Positions 24,701 to 35,992 of a DNA stretch of 64,000 bases are shown one piece after another. Made by a program: the position numbers and the translations under genes. The first letter of the stretch is position 1. Every line of letters begins with the position of its first letter. The notes under the pieces were generated by a model. The model was not told the origin of the DNA. It did no database searches and saw nothing but the letters and a program-made list of their open reading frames with translations. The DNA is taken from contig QPMI01000139.1 of assembly GCA_004431415.1 (NCBI GenBank), forward strand, positions 13,143-77,142, written 5' to 3'. The DNA comes from Cyanophora paradoxa CCMP329. Its lineage: Eukaryota > Plantae > Glaucophyta.

Positions 24701-26677
24701 CCCCGAGCTTCCCGTTCAGGCGCTCCTTGTCCTCCTGCAGGCGCACGACGTCGTGGCGGGCGGCGAGGAGCTCCCCCTCCGCCTCGTGCGCCTTCATCCG
24801 CGCAGCGCGCATCTCCTGCTCCTCGGGGAGCCCGCGCCCGCCGGCCGCCTCCAGCTTCACCGCCTCCAGCTCCATGCGCGCCTGCATGATGTCCAGCTGC
24901 CCGCCCCTCAGCGCCCGCCCCGCCCAGGGGCGGGCGGCGCGGGGTGCGCACGCGGCGCTTGGTGAGGAGGCCGTGGACGCGGTCGTCGTTGATGACGGGG
25001 TAGTTCTGCACGCGCCCCGCCGCCGCGGCGACCTGCATGGTGACAGAGGAGGCCTCGTAGCTGCCGGGCTTGAGGGCGGCGATGAGGAGGGTGACGGCGT
25101 TGCCCCCGATCTGCTCCTGCAGCATGGCCGTGACCTTGGAGTCGCGGTAGCTCACGTACTCGACCTCCTTCTGGCCCCCGAGCGTCCGCAGCAGGCTGCT
25201 CAGCGCGAAGACCGCCCGGTTCAGCGTCGGCCCTGCCGCCCCGTCGGCGCGCGCGGAGGGCCGGCGGGGCGGCGCGGGGACCCTCGCGGAGGCGCGTGTT
25301 CGCGGCGTCCGAGGCGAGCTTCTCGGAGCCCGGGCAGTCCACGAACGTCAGGCGCGACACCAGCTGCGCTCCGGCCCCATCAGGCACAGCTCGCGGCGCG
25401 CCCCGGCGGGGCGGAGCGGGGCGGGCGCACCACCTGAGGGGCCTGCCCCGCCTGTCCCGGGTCGTACGTCTGCGCCGGGGGAGGAGGGGCTCGTGCGGGG
25501 GCGGGCGGGGCGGGGGAGGGGCGGGGGGCGGGGCCGGGGCGGGTTTGCGGGCCTGGACGACGTCGACGAAGGCGATGCCGGTGGCGCGCTCGGCGGCCGG
25601 CCCGAAGTCCGTCGCCGCGCTCGTCCGCGCGATCCGCCCCTGGTTGTACAGCTCCAGCAGGTCCTCCGCGTCGTGCACCTGCCCACCGTCACGCCCCGCG
25701 CGACCGGAGCCGGGCGGGGCGGGGCGGGGCGGACGGGGGCGGCGACGAGGGCGCCGCAGACGGTGCCGAGCTCGGGGTCGTCCTCGAGCGGCAGGTCCCG
25801 GTTCTGCGGCTGCAGCAGGTCCTGCACCCGCTCGTCGTACACCTCCGCGTATCTGGCCCCCGCGCACCGCCCCGCTCGCCCCGGCCCCGCCCCGCCCCGG
25901 CGCCGCCCCGCTCACGCACTGGAAGCGGACGCGGTAGTTGAACTCGGGGCCGCGCCCGCGGCGCAGGCCGACCTGCCCGGCGCTCGCGGTCGCGGCGACG
26001 TTGTTCTGCTTGTCCCGCAGCAGCTGCATCAGCGCCCCAACCGCGAGGGGCACCACGCCTGCCGCCCCCGCTCGCGCCCGCCGCCAGCCGGGGGAGTGCG
26101 GGCGGACTCGCCCTGGCCCGCGGCGCCCCGCACGCCGTCCATCGTGAAGGTCTTGCCGCTCCCCGTCTGGCCGAAGGCGATGATGCAGCCCGAGACGCCT
26201 GCGCGCGGGGCTCACGCGAGGGCGCACTCCCGCCGCGGTCGGAGCGCCGGGTCACCGTCGAGTACGCCCTGGATGATGGGCATCACGGACTGGTCGAAGA
26301 GCTCCTGCGGCGCGCGGAGGCTCAGCGGCGCCCTCCCCTCTCGCAGCGGGGTGGCGCTGGCTCGCCTTCGTCGACGCCTCCGGCCCGTACACGGCGTCGA
26401 GCACGAACTCGTCGCTGGCGCTCCTGCGCCGCAAGCTGTGGGCAACGGGAGGCGAGGGGCCGGGAGCCCAAAGCCCAGCGCACCCCTCGCGCCGTCCGGG
26501 CGGAACGAGCATGAGCTTCCGGCCCGTGACCTGGATGTTGCCGGCGGGCGCGGGCTCCGTACGTAGCACTGGGCGCACTCTTGCAATGACCTGGATGGGC
26601 AGGCCGACAGGGCTCTTGGATAGCTTGGCGCGATAAGCCGAGCGCCCGTGCGGCGCTACTCCAGAGAAGTCCGCCAT
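21712..26677 (-). CDS. Kinesin-like motor domain fused to CCDC78-like coiled coil
   Basis: IQVIARVRP, AFGQTGSGKTFTM, FVDCPGSE, VSYRDSKVT; SEEERLTVSRALVDLQIENN and QAELEKERAELRTRCLVAEEQLRELQAY match the recalled CCDC78 conserved blocks. 3' end approximate. Confidence 0.85.
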
Positions 26678-26905
26678 GTCAGCTATCTAGGTTGCGTGGG
26701 CAATCTCTCTTCTTTCTTGCGCCTCCGCTGCAGCAGCCGCACCCGCTCCGGAGAGCTGGCTAGCCGAGAGGCACTGCTCGGGGGCTGCAACCCCGGCGCG
26801 CGCCGCGCCTATCGAATGCACAACGACTGCTCAACTTTCAGCTGCAGGCTGCACCAGCAACTTCGCCTTTCGATTCGAGATTTTGCGTACCCCGCGTAAA
26901 CCTTT

Positions 26906-27029
26906 TTGATAGTAAAGTAGTTTACTTAGGTCAACCCGCGAGTAGACGTAGAGCAGCTGTACCCGAGGCACGACTGCCCGCCCCTCTTCAGTTGTTGTAC
27001 CCCGAGTGCGCCGTCGCGCCTCGAGCTCT
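26906..27029 (+). repeat. Split direct repeat A1
   Basis: TTGATAGTAAAGTAG...TCGAGCTCT is near-identical to 32720-32842. Confidence 0.95.
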
Positions 27030-27054
27030 GCAGAGCGTTCCGGCCGTACGCAAC

Positions 27055-29048
27055 ATGGTTGTCGAGACCCGTGGCCGCACGGCCACTCGCGCAGCCTCGG
27101 AGGCGGGACCATCGCGGTTCCAGAGTGCACCTCCCGACCCGCGCCAACCGGAGGCGCCAGCAGCTACACCGGTAGCTACAGCGGTAGGAGATGCGGGCTC
27201 GCAGCTGCAGACGACCTCAGATCTGCAGCCGCCCGTCGGGATCGCCCCTGCGCCAGGGCTCGCCTCGCACTCCGCGCAGGCCGAGCAGCAGCATCCCGGC
27301 GGCCCCGCCGCTCCTCCTGCGTCGACAGCGAGGCTGCTGCAGCAGACTTCGCACGCGGCTGCCGCCCCCCCCGCACCCGCGGGCGGGGGTTCCGCGGCCG
27401 CGCCGTCGACCCCGGCATCCGGATCCGCGCCGCCTCAGCCCGCCCCCGTGCTCGCACCTCGCATGCCGGAGGCCCGAGCTTCGCGCGCGCCGCCGGCGGG
27501 ACCCCTCGCAGTCCTGCCCGGCCCCGGATCGCCGGCCCCCGTGGTGGATCTGTCACAGCTCGGCCCGATGCTGACCCAGCAGCTCGCGGCGAGCGTGCAG
27601 CAGGCGACCGCCTCAGCGGTCGCGGCAGCGGTTGCTCCCCTGACGCGCGACCTCAGCGCCCTCGTGAGCGCCGTCGACCAGCAGCGCATGGTGCTGGCGC
27701 AGCACCAGAGCCTGCTCGAGCACGCGCAGCGGCCCGCCCCAGCCCAGGTCACGCACCTGCCGCTCGAGGCCCCTGCCCGCTGCCGGCCCCGGCACCCCCG
27801 CCGGCGCGGCCCTGTCCCACCACGTCCCCACGGCGACCGCCGCCGTCCCTGGTGCTGTATTCGTCCCGCGGAGCGCACCGTCCCGCCCCTTCGTGCACGG
27901 CGCCGCCGCCGACCCGCCGCCCACATCGCAGACCGATGTCGATATCTCTCAGGCGGTGTCGCAGGCACTGGCGCGCGCCCTGCCGGCGGCGCTCGCAGGG
28001 GCCGGCTTCGCGTTCGGGGTGCCGGCGCTGCGCCCCCTCGACCGACGGGAGCGCTCGCGTCAGCACCCTTCCCGCGCGCATCTTCACAGGCCCGGCCGGT
28101 GAGCGCCTCGTAGCGGCGATTCGGGCGGGGGGGCCTTTCGAGCTCCGTAGGCTCTTTCTAGACCCCGTCTTCTCCCCCTCCGCCACCCAGTCGGGCCTCG
28201 CGTCCTCCGCCGCGGACGCCATCGCGGTGTCCCTCGACCCCGTCTCGGGCCGGCTGGTCCTCCAGGCGCACTCCGCCTCGTCCAGCACCGGCACACAGCG
28301 CGAGCAGCTCGCCTTCCCCGACCTCCTCCTGTGCCTTCAGCTCCTCGCCTTCCAGATCTCCACGGACACCATGCTGCCGGCGGAGGAGCGCTGCCGCCGC
28401 CTCGAGGCCCTGTCCCGGCTGCAGTACGAGATCATCGTCCTTGCCCGCACGCTTCCGTGGGAGCGGGTCTTCCCGTGGGTGCAGCATCACCTTGCTGACG
28501 CCCTCGCCTGCGCCGAGGACGCCGACGGCCGGTACCGCGCCCTTGGCCACCACAGCATGGCTCTCCTCGCGCGCAGCCTGCCCGAGGGGGGGCTCGGGCT
28601 CGGGGGCCCCCTCCCCTTTCACGCCGGCAGCATCGTGGCCTCGGCCGCCGCCGTCGATGCAGCCGCCCGTCCGGCCGGCGGCGGCCGGGCGTCGCGCTCC
28701 AGCGCCGCGGCGCGCCCCGCCGCGGCCTCGGCGGTCGCCGCGCTCGCGTCCCCGCCCGGCACCGCGCCCAGCGGCGACACTCGGGCCGCCTCCGGCTCCG
28801 GCCGCTCGCGGTCCCGGGCCGTGCAGGATGCCCTCGACCGTGGCGCCGTCTGGCACACCGAGGACCCGCGCTACTTCGGCGTCAGCCCAGCCATCTGTTG
28901 GTGCTTCAACCAGGGCATCTGCAAGAACGCCGTCAGCGACGGCGTCTGCTTCTTCGGGCGCCACATCTGTGCCCAGTGCCACAGCCGGGACCACCCCGAC
29001 TGCGCGCGCCGTACCGCCACCGGCGCCGGCGCCGTCGGCCCTTCCTGA
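27055..29048 (+). CDS. Gag-like ORF1 of the retrotransposon (frameshifted)
   Basis: C-terminal CWCFNQGIC...CFFGRHICAQCHSRDHPDC Cys/His fingers; frame breaks between the N- and C-terminal parts. Confidence 0.75.
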
Positions 29049-29762
29049 GCACCCCCCGCAGGCGGCCGCAGTTCCCGCTCCCTGCGGCGCGCCAGACGCG
29101 GAGCATCATAGGAGCCCTCCGGAGGCGGTGGCGCCCCCTCTGGCGGCAGCGGTGCGCCCATCGCCGCCGTCCCCGCCTCCGCCCCCTTCGGTCTCGGTCG
29201 CGGCCCTCCCGCGGCTAAGTCCGATCGCCCCCCCCTCGGCATCTTCCCCCCGGGCTTCGCCCGTCCAGGCACCCGGTTTTGTACCGGCGTCCGCTGTCCC
29301 GGGCCGTTGCGTCCGGCGGCCTAGCGGACAGGACGTCGTGTCTGTTGTCTCCGAGACCCGCAGTTCGAGTCCGACCGGGTCCACTTCCGCCGCTTCGATT
29401 CCGGAGAGGCGCGCTTCCACGGCGACCGCCGTCGACCCCCCCCACGACCCGCGCTCGATTCCCGCCGGGTCCTCTTTCGCTGCTTCGGCTCCGGAGCGGC
29501 CCGTTTCCACAGCGACCGCCGGCGCCGCCGCCCACGCTCCCGACCCGCGCTCGATTCCCGCCGGGTCCTCTTTCGCCTCTTCGACTCCGGAGCGGCCCAC
29601 TTCCGCAGTCGCTGACGCCGCCGCGCCCGCGGGCACGCGCGCCCGCGCGCACACGCGCATCCGCAAGCAACCGCTGGCCCCCCTTTCGACACGACTGTCC
29701 CGACCTACCCCACGAGTGCTGTCGGCGGCGCCCCGCTCCCGTCGGGACTGGCGCCCACGCCG

Positions 29763-31390
29763 GTGCACCTCCCCAACCTTCTGGCCGCGCTGGCCGACCA
29801 TCCAGACCCCACGCTCGCTACCCGCCTGGCCCAGGGCTTCACCCGCGGCTTCCCTCTGCTCTACCGCGGGCCGCCTTACTCGGCGGTCCACAGGCCCCAT
29901 CCCACGGCGCTGGAACATCTCGACGCCGTGCGGGCGGACGTCGCCAAGGAGCGGGCGGCGGGACGCATGGCCGGCCCTTTCCCGCATCCGCCCTTCGCCC
30001 CCTTCGTCGCCTCGCCACTCGGCGCCGTGCCGAAGAAGCGCTCCAACCCACCCAAGTGGCGGCGCATCACAGACCTATCCTATCCCCGGTTTCGCGGCTT
30101 CAGCGTCAACCGCGGCATCGACAATGCTCCCCTTCACTACACCTCCCCTTCGGTGGCAGACGCGATCGAGCTCATCATCTCCCTGGGCCGGCTCACGCAG
30201 CTGGGCAAGGCCGACGTGCGGGACGCCTTCCGCCTCCTGCCGGTCCGCCCGGAGGACTACTGGCTGCTGGGTGCCGCCTCCCCTCCGAGGATCCCGCCCG
30301 CCCCGGCGCGTACGACTTCTACTACGACATGGCTCTCCATTCGGTGGCCGCTCCTCCCGCGCACGTTCGAGGACCTCGGTCAGGCCCTCGACCACGCCCT
30401 CCGTCGGGGGGGCGTCCTCTTCCTGCGCTACGTCGATGACATCCTCGTGCTCGGGCGCCCCGGCACTGCCGAGTGTGCACGGTCGATGGAGGCCCTCCAG
30501 GCCATCTGCTCCCACCTGGGCATCCCGCTGGCTGCGGAGAAGCTGGAGGGGCCCGCCTTCCGCCTCGTCTTCCTCGGCATCGAGCTCGACACCGACGCGA
30601 TGGAGGCGCGCCTCTCGGCCGGCCGCTACGAGGACCTCGTCTCGCTCCTCGGCAGCTGGGAGGGAAAGCGGCACGCCACCCGGCATGACCTCCAGTCCCT
30701 CGCCGGTCTCCTCACCTCCGCCACCGCCGTCATTCCCCCCGGCCGCTTCTTCCTCCAGCGCGTGCTGAGTCTCATCTCTGCCCTGCGCGAGGACCACCAC
30801 CGTGCCACGCTCCACCCCGGCTTCCACGCAGACCTCCGTTGGTGGCGCTTCCTGCTTGCCGAGCGGCACGGCGTCCGCCTCCTCCCGCCTCAGCCCGCTG
30901 GGCCGACTCGCGGGAGCTACGCCTGGAGACTGATGCCAGCGGCGTGGGCTTTGGCGCCGTCTTTGGCGACGCCTGGCTCTTCGGCGCCTGGGCCGACCAC
31001 CCCGACATCCCTGCCAGCATGCCCTGGCGCGAGCTCATGGCGATCGTCATCGCCGCCGCCACGTGGGGCCCCCAGTGGCACCGCCGGCGGATTAACTTCC
31101 ACACTGACTGCGAGCCGGTTGCCCTTGCCATTGCCAACGGCTACTCCCCCCGCCCCGGCTTCGCCACCCTCCTCCGCACCCTCTATGCCCTTTCCGTCCT
31201 CCACTCTTTCGAGTTTCGCGCCACGCACATCGCTGGCCTGTCTAACGTCCTGGCCGACCCCCTCTCCCGCCTCCAGATCGAGCAGTTCCGCCGACTGCAC
31301 CGGTCAGCGGATTCTTTGCCGACCCCCGCCTGCTGGCCGTCGATCGACCCCTTGCCGCCCTCGCCACGCACCTCTACATGTCCGGCTTAG
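29763..31390 (+). CDS. Reverse transcriptase / RNase H (frameshifted)
   Basis: PLGAVPKK..WRRITDLS, KADVRDAFRLLPV, YVDDIL, FLGIELDT; RNase H ETDASGVGFGA, WRELMAI, TDC, NVLADPLSR. Confidence 0.92.
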
Positions 31391-32360
31391 CGGCCAGCAC
31401 CCGCAGGAGCTACTCGTACCCGCAGCGCGAGTTCATCGAGTTCTGCCTCCAGCGGGGTCTGCACGACAGGCAGGGCTCGGTCCTGCCGGCGTCGGAGGCT
31501 ACACTCTGCTTCTTCGCGGCGCACCTCTTCCGCCGTGGCGGCGTCGCCCCGCCATCCATCCGCACGTACATCACGGCCGTGCAGTCGCTGCACGTCGACT
31601 CCGGCTTCAGCACTTTCTGGGGCTCCATGCCGCGCCTCGCCCGGCTCCTCGAGGGCATCGCCCGCGTGGCCGACCCTCGCCCCAAACTCTGCCGCGACCC
31701 GATCACGCGCGGACAGCTCAGTGACCTCGCCCAGTATGCAGCCGCCCACCCGTCACCTGAGACGCGGCTCCTCTGGGCCGCCTTTTCCACCGCCTTCTTC
31801 GGCTTCTTCCGCTGCAGCGAGGTCTGTGCTGTCCGCCTCCCTGTGCCCGACCCGGCCCGGCTCTTCCAGCGCCGCGACCTCCGCTTCTTCACGGACGAGG
31901 GCGAGAGCTTCGCCGCCTCCGCCTGAAGAAGTCGAAGACCGATCAGCGAGGCCAGGGCTGTGACGTCGACATTCCCCATGTCGGCGGCCTGGAGTGCGCT
32001 CACTGCGCCCTCGAGGCCCTCGCCCTCTCCTGGACGGGCCCCGCCCGCCCTGACGCCTACATCTTCGCACATGCCGCCACCGGCCAGCGCTGACCCGTTC
32101 GGAGCTGCATGCCGCCCTCCGCAACTGGCTCCACGCCTCGGCTACGCAGCCGACCCCTGCTGCCGCACAGCTTCCGCATCGGCGCCGCCACCGCGGCGTT
32201 CGAGGCCGGCCTCCCTGACTACGCTATCCAGCTCCTCGGCCGCTGGCGGTCCGACGCTTTCCAGCTGTACATCCGTGCGCGCCCCGAGCTCGTCCGCCGC
32301 CAGCGGGGCCTCCTCCTCGCCAGCAGCCACGCGCCCCCAGCCGCAGTGCCCTCCAGCTGA
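31378..32360 (+). CDS. Tyrosine recombinase (frameshifted)
   Basis: AFFGFFRCSE (R), LKKSKTDQ, HSFRIGAAT (HxxR), LGRWRSDAFQLYIR (W, Y). Confidence 0.92.
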
Positions 32361-32430
32361 CCTTCATTCATCACACACCTCTCTCCATGGGTGCCAGCGC
32401 GCGGCGCCCACTTCGCAGCCGCCGCCGCCT

Positions 32431-33162
32431 CGGCGCCTTGGTCCTGCCTCTCCCCTGCTTCGCGTACCCTAGGCCAGACTGCCGTACCCAGGACAGGTGT
32501 TGCGAACTAGCCTAGTTCACGTACCCCTCTGCCTGCTACGGACTCTAGCCAGTTTCACGCTCAGGATTTTCACAGGCCCGAGGCAGTCCCCTTCTTGGCA
32601 CCCATTTCGAGTTGTGTATGCATATACTAGATTAGCATATGACCATGCTAGCGACGCAGAGCTCACAGCACTGCGGGGAGTGTACCCTCTATTGCTAAGA
32701 GTAAACTCGCTAGGGTTGATTGATAGTAAAGTAGTTTACTTAGGTCAACCCGCGAGTAGACGTAGAGCAGCTGTACCCGAGGCACGACTGCCCGCCCCTC
32801 TTCAGTTGTTGTACCCGAGTGCGCCGTCGCGCCTCGAGCTCTCCCACCCGACCCTACCCTATGTATACGGCGCCTTGGTCCTGCCTCTCCCCTGCTTCGC
32901 GTACCCTAGGCCAGACTGCCGTACCCAGGACAGGTGTTGCGAACTAGCCCTAGTTCACGTACCCCTCTGCCTGCTACGGACTCTAGCCCAGTTTCACGCT
33001 CAGGATTTTCACAGGCCCGAGGCAGTCCCCTTCTTGGCACCCATTTCGAGTTGTGTATGCATATACTAGATTAGCATATGACCATGCTAGCGACGCAGAG
33101 CTCACAGCACTGCGGGGAGTGTACCCCTCTATTGCTAAGAGTAAACTCGCTAGGGTTGATTG
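32431..33162 (+). repeat. Terminal B1 (32431-32722), A2 (32720-32842) and B2 (32868-33162) repeats
   Basis: CGGCGCCTTGGTCC...CTAGGGTTGATTG occurs twice, separated by A2 and a 25-nt spacer. Confidence 0.95.
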
Positions 33163-33180
33163 CGCCAGCCGAACGAGGCA

Positions 33181-35729
33181 ATGCAGCGGCCCTCCTCGCG
33201 CGGTGGGCAGATGCCAACGGGCTCCATCCCCGGCGGAGGTGCCATGGCCCGCCCATCGAGCCGCGGCGGCTACGGCGGAGTCATGGGCGCGCCACTCGGG
33301 CCCTCCGGCTTCATACCTGCCCAGGTGCGTCCCAGATGGATGCTTTGCGTTTAGCTAGAGGCGTGTGGGGCCTCCGGGCCGTTCGCTTGCTGCCCGGCTC
33401 CCGCTCACTTTTGAGCAGGGTGGCATGGCTCCTGGGCAGGGTGGCCCGCTGCGACCAGTCACAGGAGCGATGCCGCCTGGCACAGCTATGCGCGGTGGAG
33501 TCCCCGGAACAGCTCAGCGGCCTGGCACTCGCGGCGGCGGCGGTGGTTCGTTGCCGCGCAGGCCGCCACGTACCACCGCTGAGCGCCGCGCAGGCGGCAT
33601 CGGGTTGAACACGAATGTACAGATCTCGGAGCGACCAGTCACACAGCAGGGCATGATGGGTGCGCGCTGTGCGGGTGGCGTGTCGGAAGCACCTGGCGCC
33701 TTCCAGGCTGAGTGGCGGCCCTCCACGGGCGCAGGCATGAAGGGCGCGGCGGCTGGACCGGGCAGGCAAGTGCAGGACAAGTCCTTCTTCATGGGCGAGC
33801 TGCGGGCGAAGATCTCCGAGCTGAAGAGCGAAATCGACGCGCTGACCAACGAGCGCGACAAGCGGCAGAACGATACAAGCACGATGTCGCAGCTTGCGCG
33901 CGCGTACGACGACGCGCAAAGGAAGATCAAGACGCTGCAGGCGGAGCTCGCCGTGTACAACCTCATGCTCGACAAGGTGCGCGGGGCGCCCCCCCGCGCC
34001 GGCAGGGCGAGCAGGGCCGAGCGCCGGGGCAGGTGAGGGTCGGCGCCGAAATGGATGCCGTCCGCAACGAGTACACGGACGTGAAGGCACGGAACGACAA
34101 CGAGAAGCGGCGGGCAGACCAGATCTTCCAGGAGCGATCCAGGCACGTCCGCTCGCCTTGGCGCGCCGCGCGCCGCGGGGCCGGGGGGCGAGCGCGGGGC
34201 GCAGCAAAGAGGCGCACACGCGGGAGATCGAGGCGCAGATCAACGCGGTGATGCACCAGCTGGAGAGCCGCCTGAGCGAGCTGGCGCCGGGGGAGCGGGA
34301 GCGCTACCGCCAGCTGCAGGAGCAGAACCGGCAGGCGAACGACGCGGCCGTGCGCCTGACGGCGGACCTGGAGGACAAGACGCGGGAGATCCAGCGGCTG
34401 GAGGAGGAGCTGCGGGCGGACACGCTGCGGCAGCGAGCGGTGGCGCTGGAGGAGCAGAAGCGGGAGGCGGAGCAGCGGCTGGCGGAGCTGCAGGCCGACT
34501 CCGCCAACGAGAACCTGCCCTTCCCGGAGGCCCGCGACCGCCTCCTCAACCAGGCCCGCCCAGCCCCGCCCCGCCCCGCCCCGCCCCGCCCCCGCGCCGG
34601 TGGCGGGGCCGGCGCTGAGGGCGGGGGCAGGTGCGGAAGGACAACATGGAGATCGCGGACGCGGAGCGGCAGATCCGGGCCCTCGAGAAGGAGAACGGGC
34701 AGCTGCGCGAGCAGGTCGACGCCATGGGCGCCGACATGGACGAGACGCGGGGTGGGCGGGGCGGGGCGGGGCGGGGCGGGGCGGGGGCGTGACGGGGGCG
34801 GGCAGGGGAGAAGGCGGACAAGTACGCGGAGCTGCTGGCGAAGGACCAGGAGATGCAGGCGTTCATCGAGCGCTTCGACGAGAACAAGCGGGCCACCGCC
34901 GAGGCCATCCAGAAGCACGAGCTCATGATCTGCGCCCTCCTCCAGCACATCTCCCAGGCCCGCCCCCCGCCCCGCCCCCGCCCCGCCCCCGCCCCCGCCC
35001 GAGCCCCCGCGGCAGGGCCTGGACCGGCAGCACGCGATGCCGACGGCGGAGCGGCTGAAGGAGCTGCAGGAGGAGGTGCGCGGGGGGCGCGGGGCGCGGG
35101 GCGCGGGGCGCGGGGCGGGGGGCGGGCCCGACGGGGCGGGCGGCAGGTGGAGTACAAGCGGACGCAGCTGGAGAACTCGCAGACGACGGCGGAGCGGCTG
35201 AAGCAGGAGCTGCAGCTCCGCGAGATGGAGCTCGAGAAGATCAAGACGCTCGACCAGAAGATCGGGGTCGAGCTGGAGTCGCTCAAGGGCAAGTCGCAGC
35301 AGATGCGGGAGGAGATGGGCACCTTCTCGCAGATCGAGCAGCTCAAGGAGGCCCACGAGGCCCGCAAGCGCGCGCTCGTCGCCGAGCGGCAGCGCCTCGG
35401 GAAGCGGAAGGAGATGCTGAAGCAGCAGACGGCGCTGCTGCAGGCCAAGTACGACACGAAGAAGATGCAGCTCTCCGAGAACGACGTCTACACGCAGCTC
35501 GACTCCCTCGAGCAGAAGCTGCGCGCCCAGGAGCAGAACAACTTCCACCTCCGCGAGTGTCCGCACCGCCCCGCCCGCCCCGCCGCGCCGCGCCGCCCCC
35601 CTCACGCGCCGCCAGTCATCGAGACGAAGGAGCGAGAGAGCAATTACGTGCCCCTGAAGAAGGAGTGCCTCACCATGGTCGACGAGCTAAACCAGCTCGT
35701 CATCAAGGCCCAGGCGTGCCCCGCCCCCG

Positions 35730-35760
<31 letters not shown>

Positions 35761-35803
35761 AGCTCTGACAGCGTTTTGCCCGCAGACCGGCGCCAAGTTC
35801 TGA
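33181..35803 (+). CDS. IFT74: Intraflagellar transport protein 74
   Basis: MQRPSSRG, PPGTAMR, ERPVTQQGM, GPGRQVQDKSFF, ELAVYNLMLDK, LEQKLRAQEQNNFHL, KERESNY. Confidence 0.93.
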
Positions 35804-35992
35804 GCTGTTTCGCCATCGTACCCCCTCACCAGCCCCCTGCCCCTCGCGCTGCGCCCCTCCCGCATCTCTTGCCTCGTATCCCTCAATATCACGGACCGAC
35901 CCCGTCAACGAAAGCGCGACTAAGCGAGGCGTGGCATGCATACACAAATACCTGAAATACTGTAACCCATAAGCGAGGGGCCCGGCGGGGCC

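Larger units (their letters stand above)
26906..33162 (+). mobile_element. Ngaro-type (DIRS order) tyrosine-recombinase retrotransposon, full length
   Basis: Split direct repeats A1-[gag, RT/RNaseH, YR]-B1-A2-B2. TTG is present at both ends and at the internal B1/A2 junction. Confidence 0.93.

Noticed and set aside
29395-29620. ~96-bp internal tandem duplication in the retrotransposon
   Set aside because: It is real but lies in the low-complexity linker before RT; no evidence of a separate function.
26906-33162. LTR retrotransposon or DIRS1-type with inverted termini
   Set aside because: It has a tyrosine recombinase rather than a DDE integrase, and the repeats are split direct repeats.
35725-35757. 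Poly-C run (also the poly-G run at ~38953-39001) as a functional element
   Set aside because: Both lie inside introns and match the general C/G-run intron composition; their lengths are unreliable.
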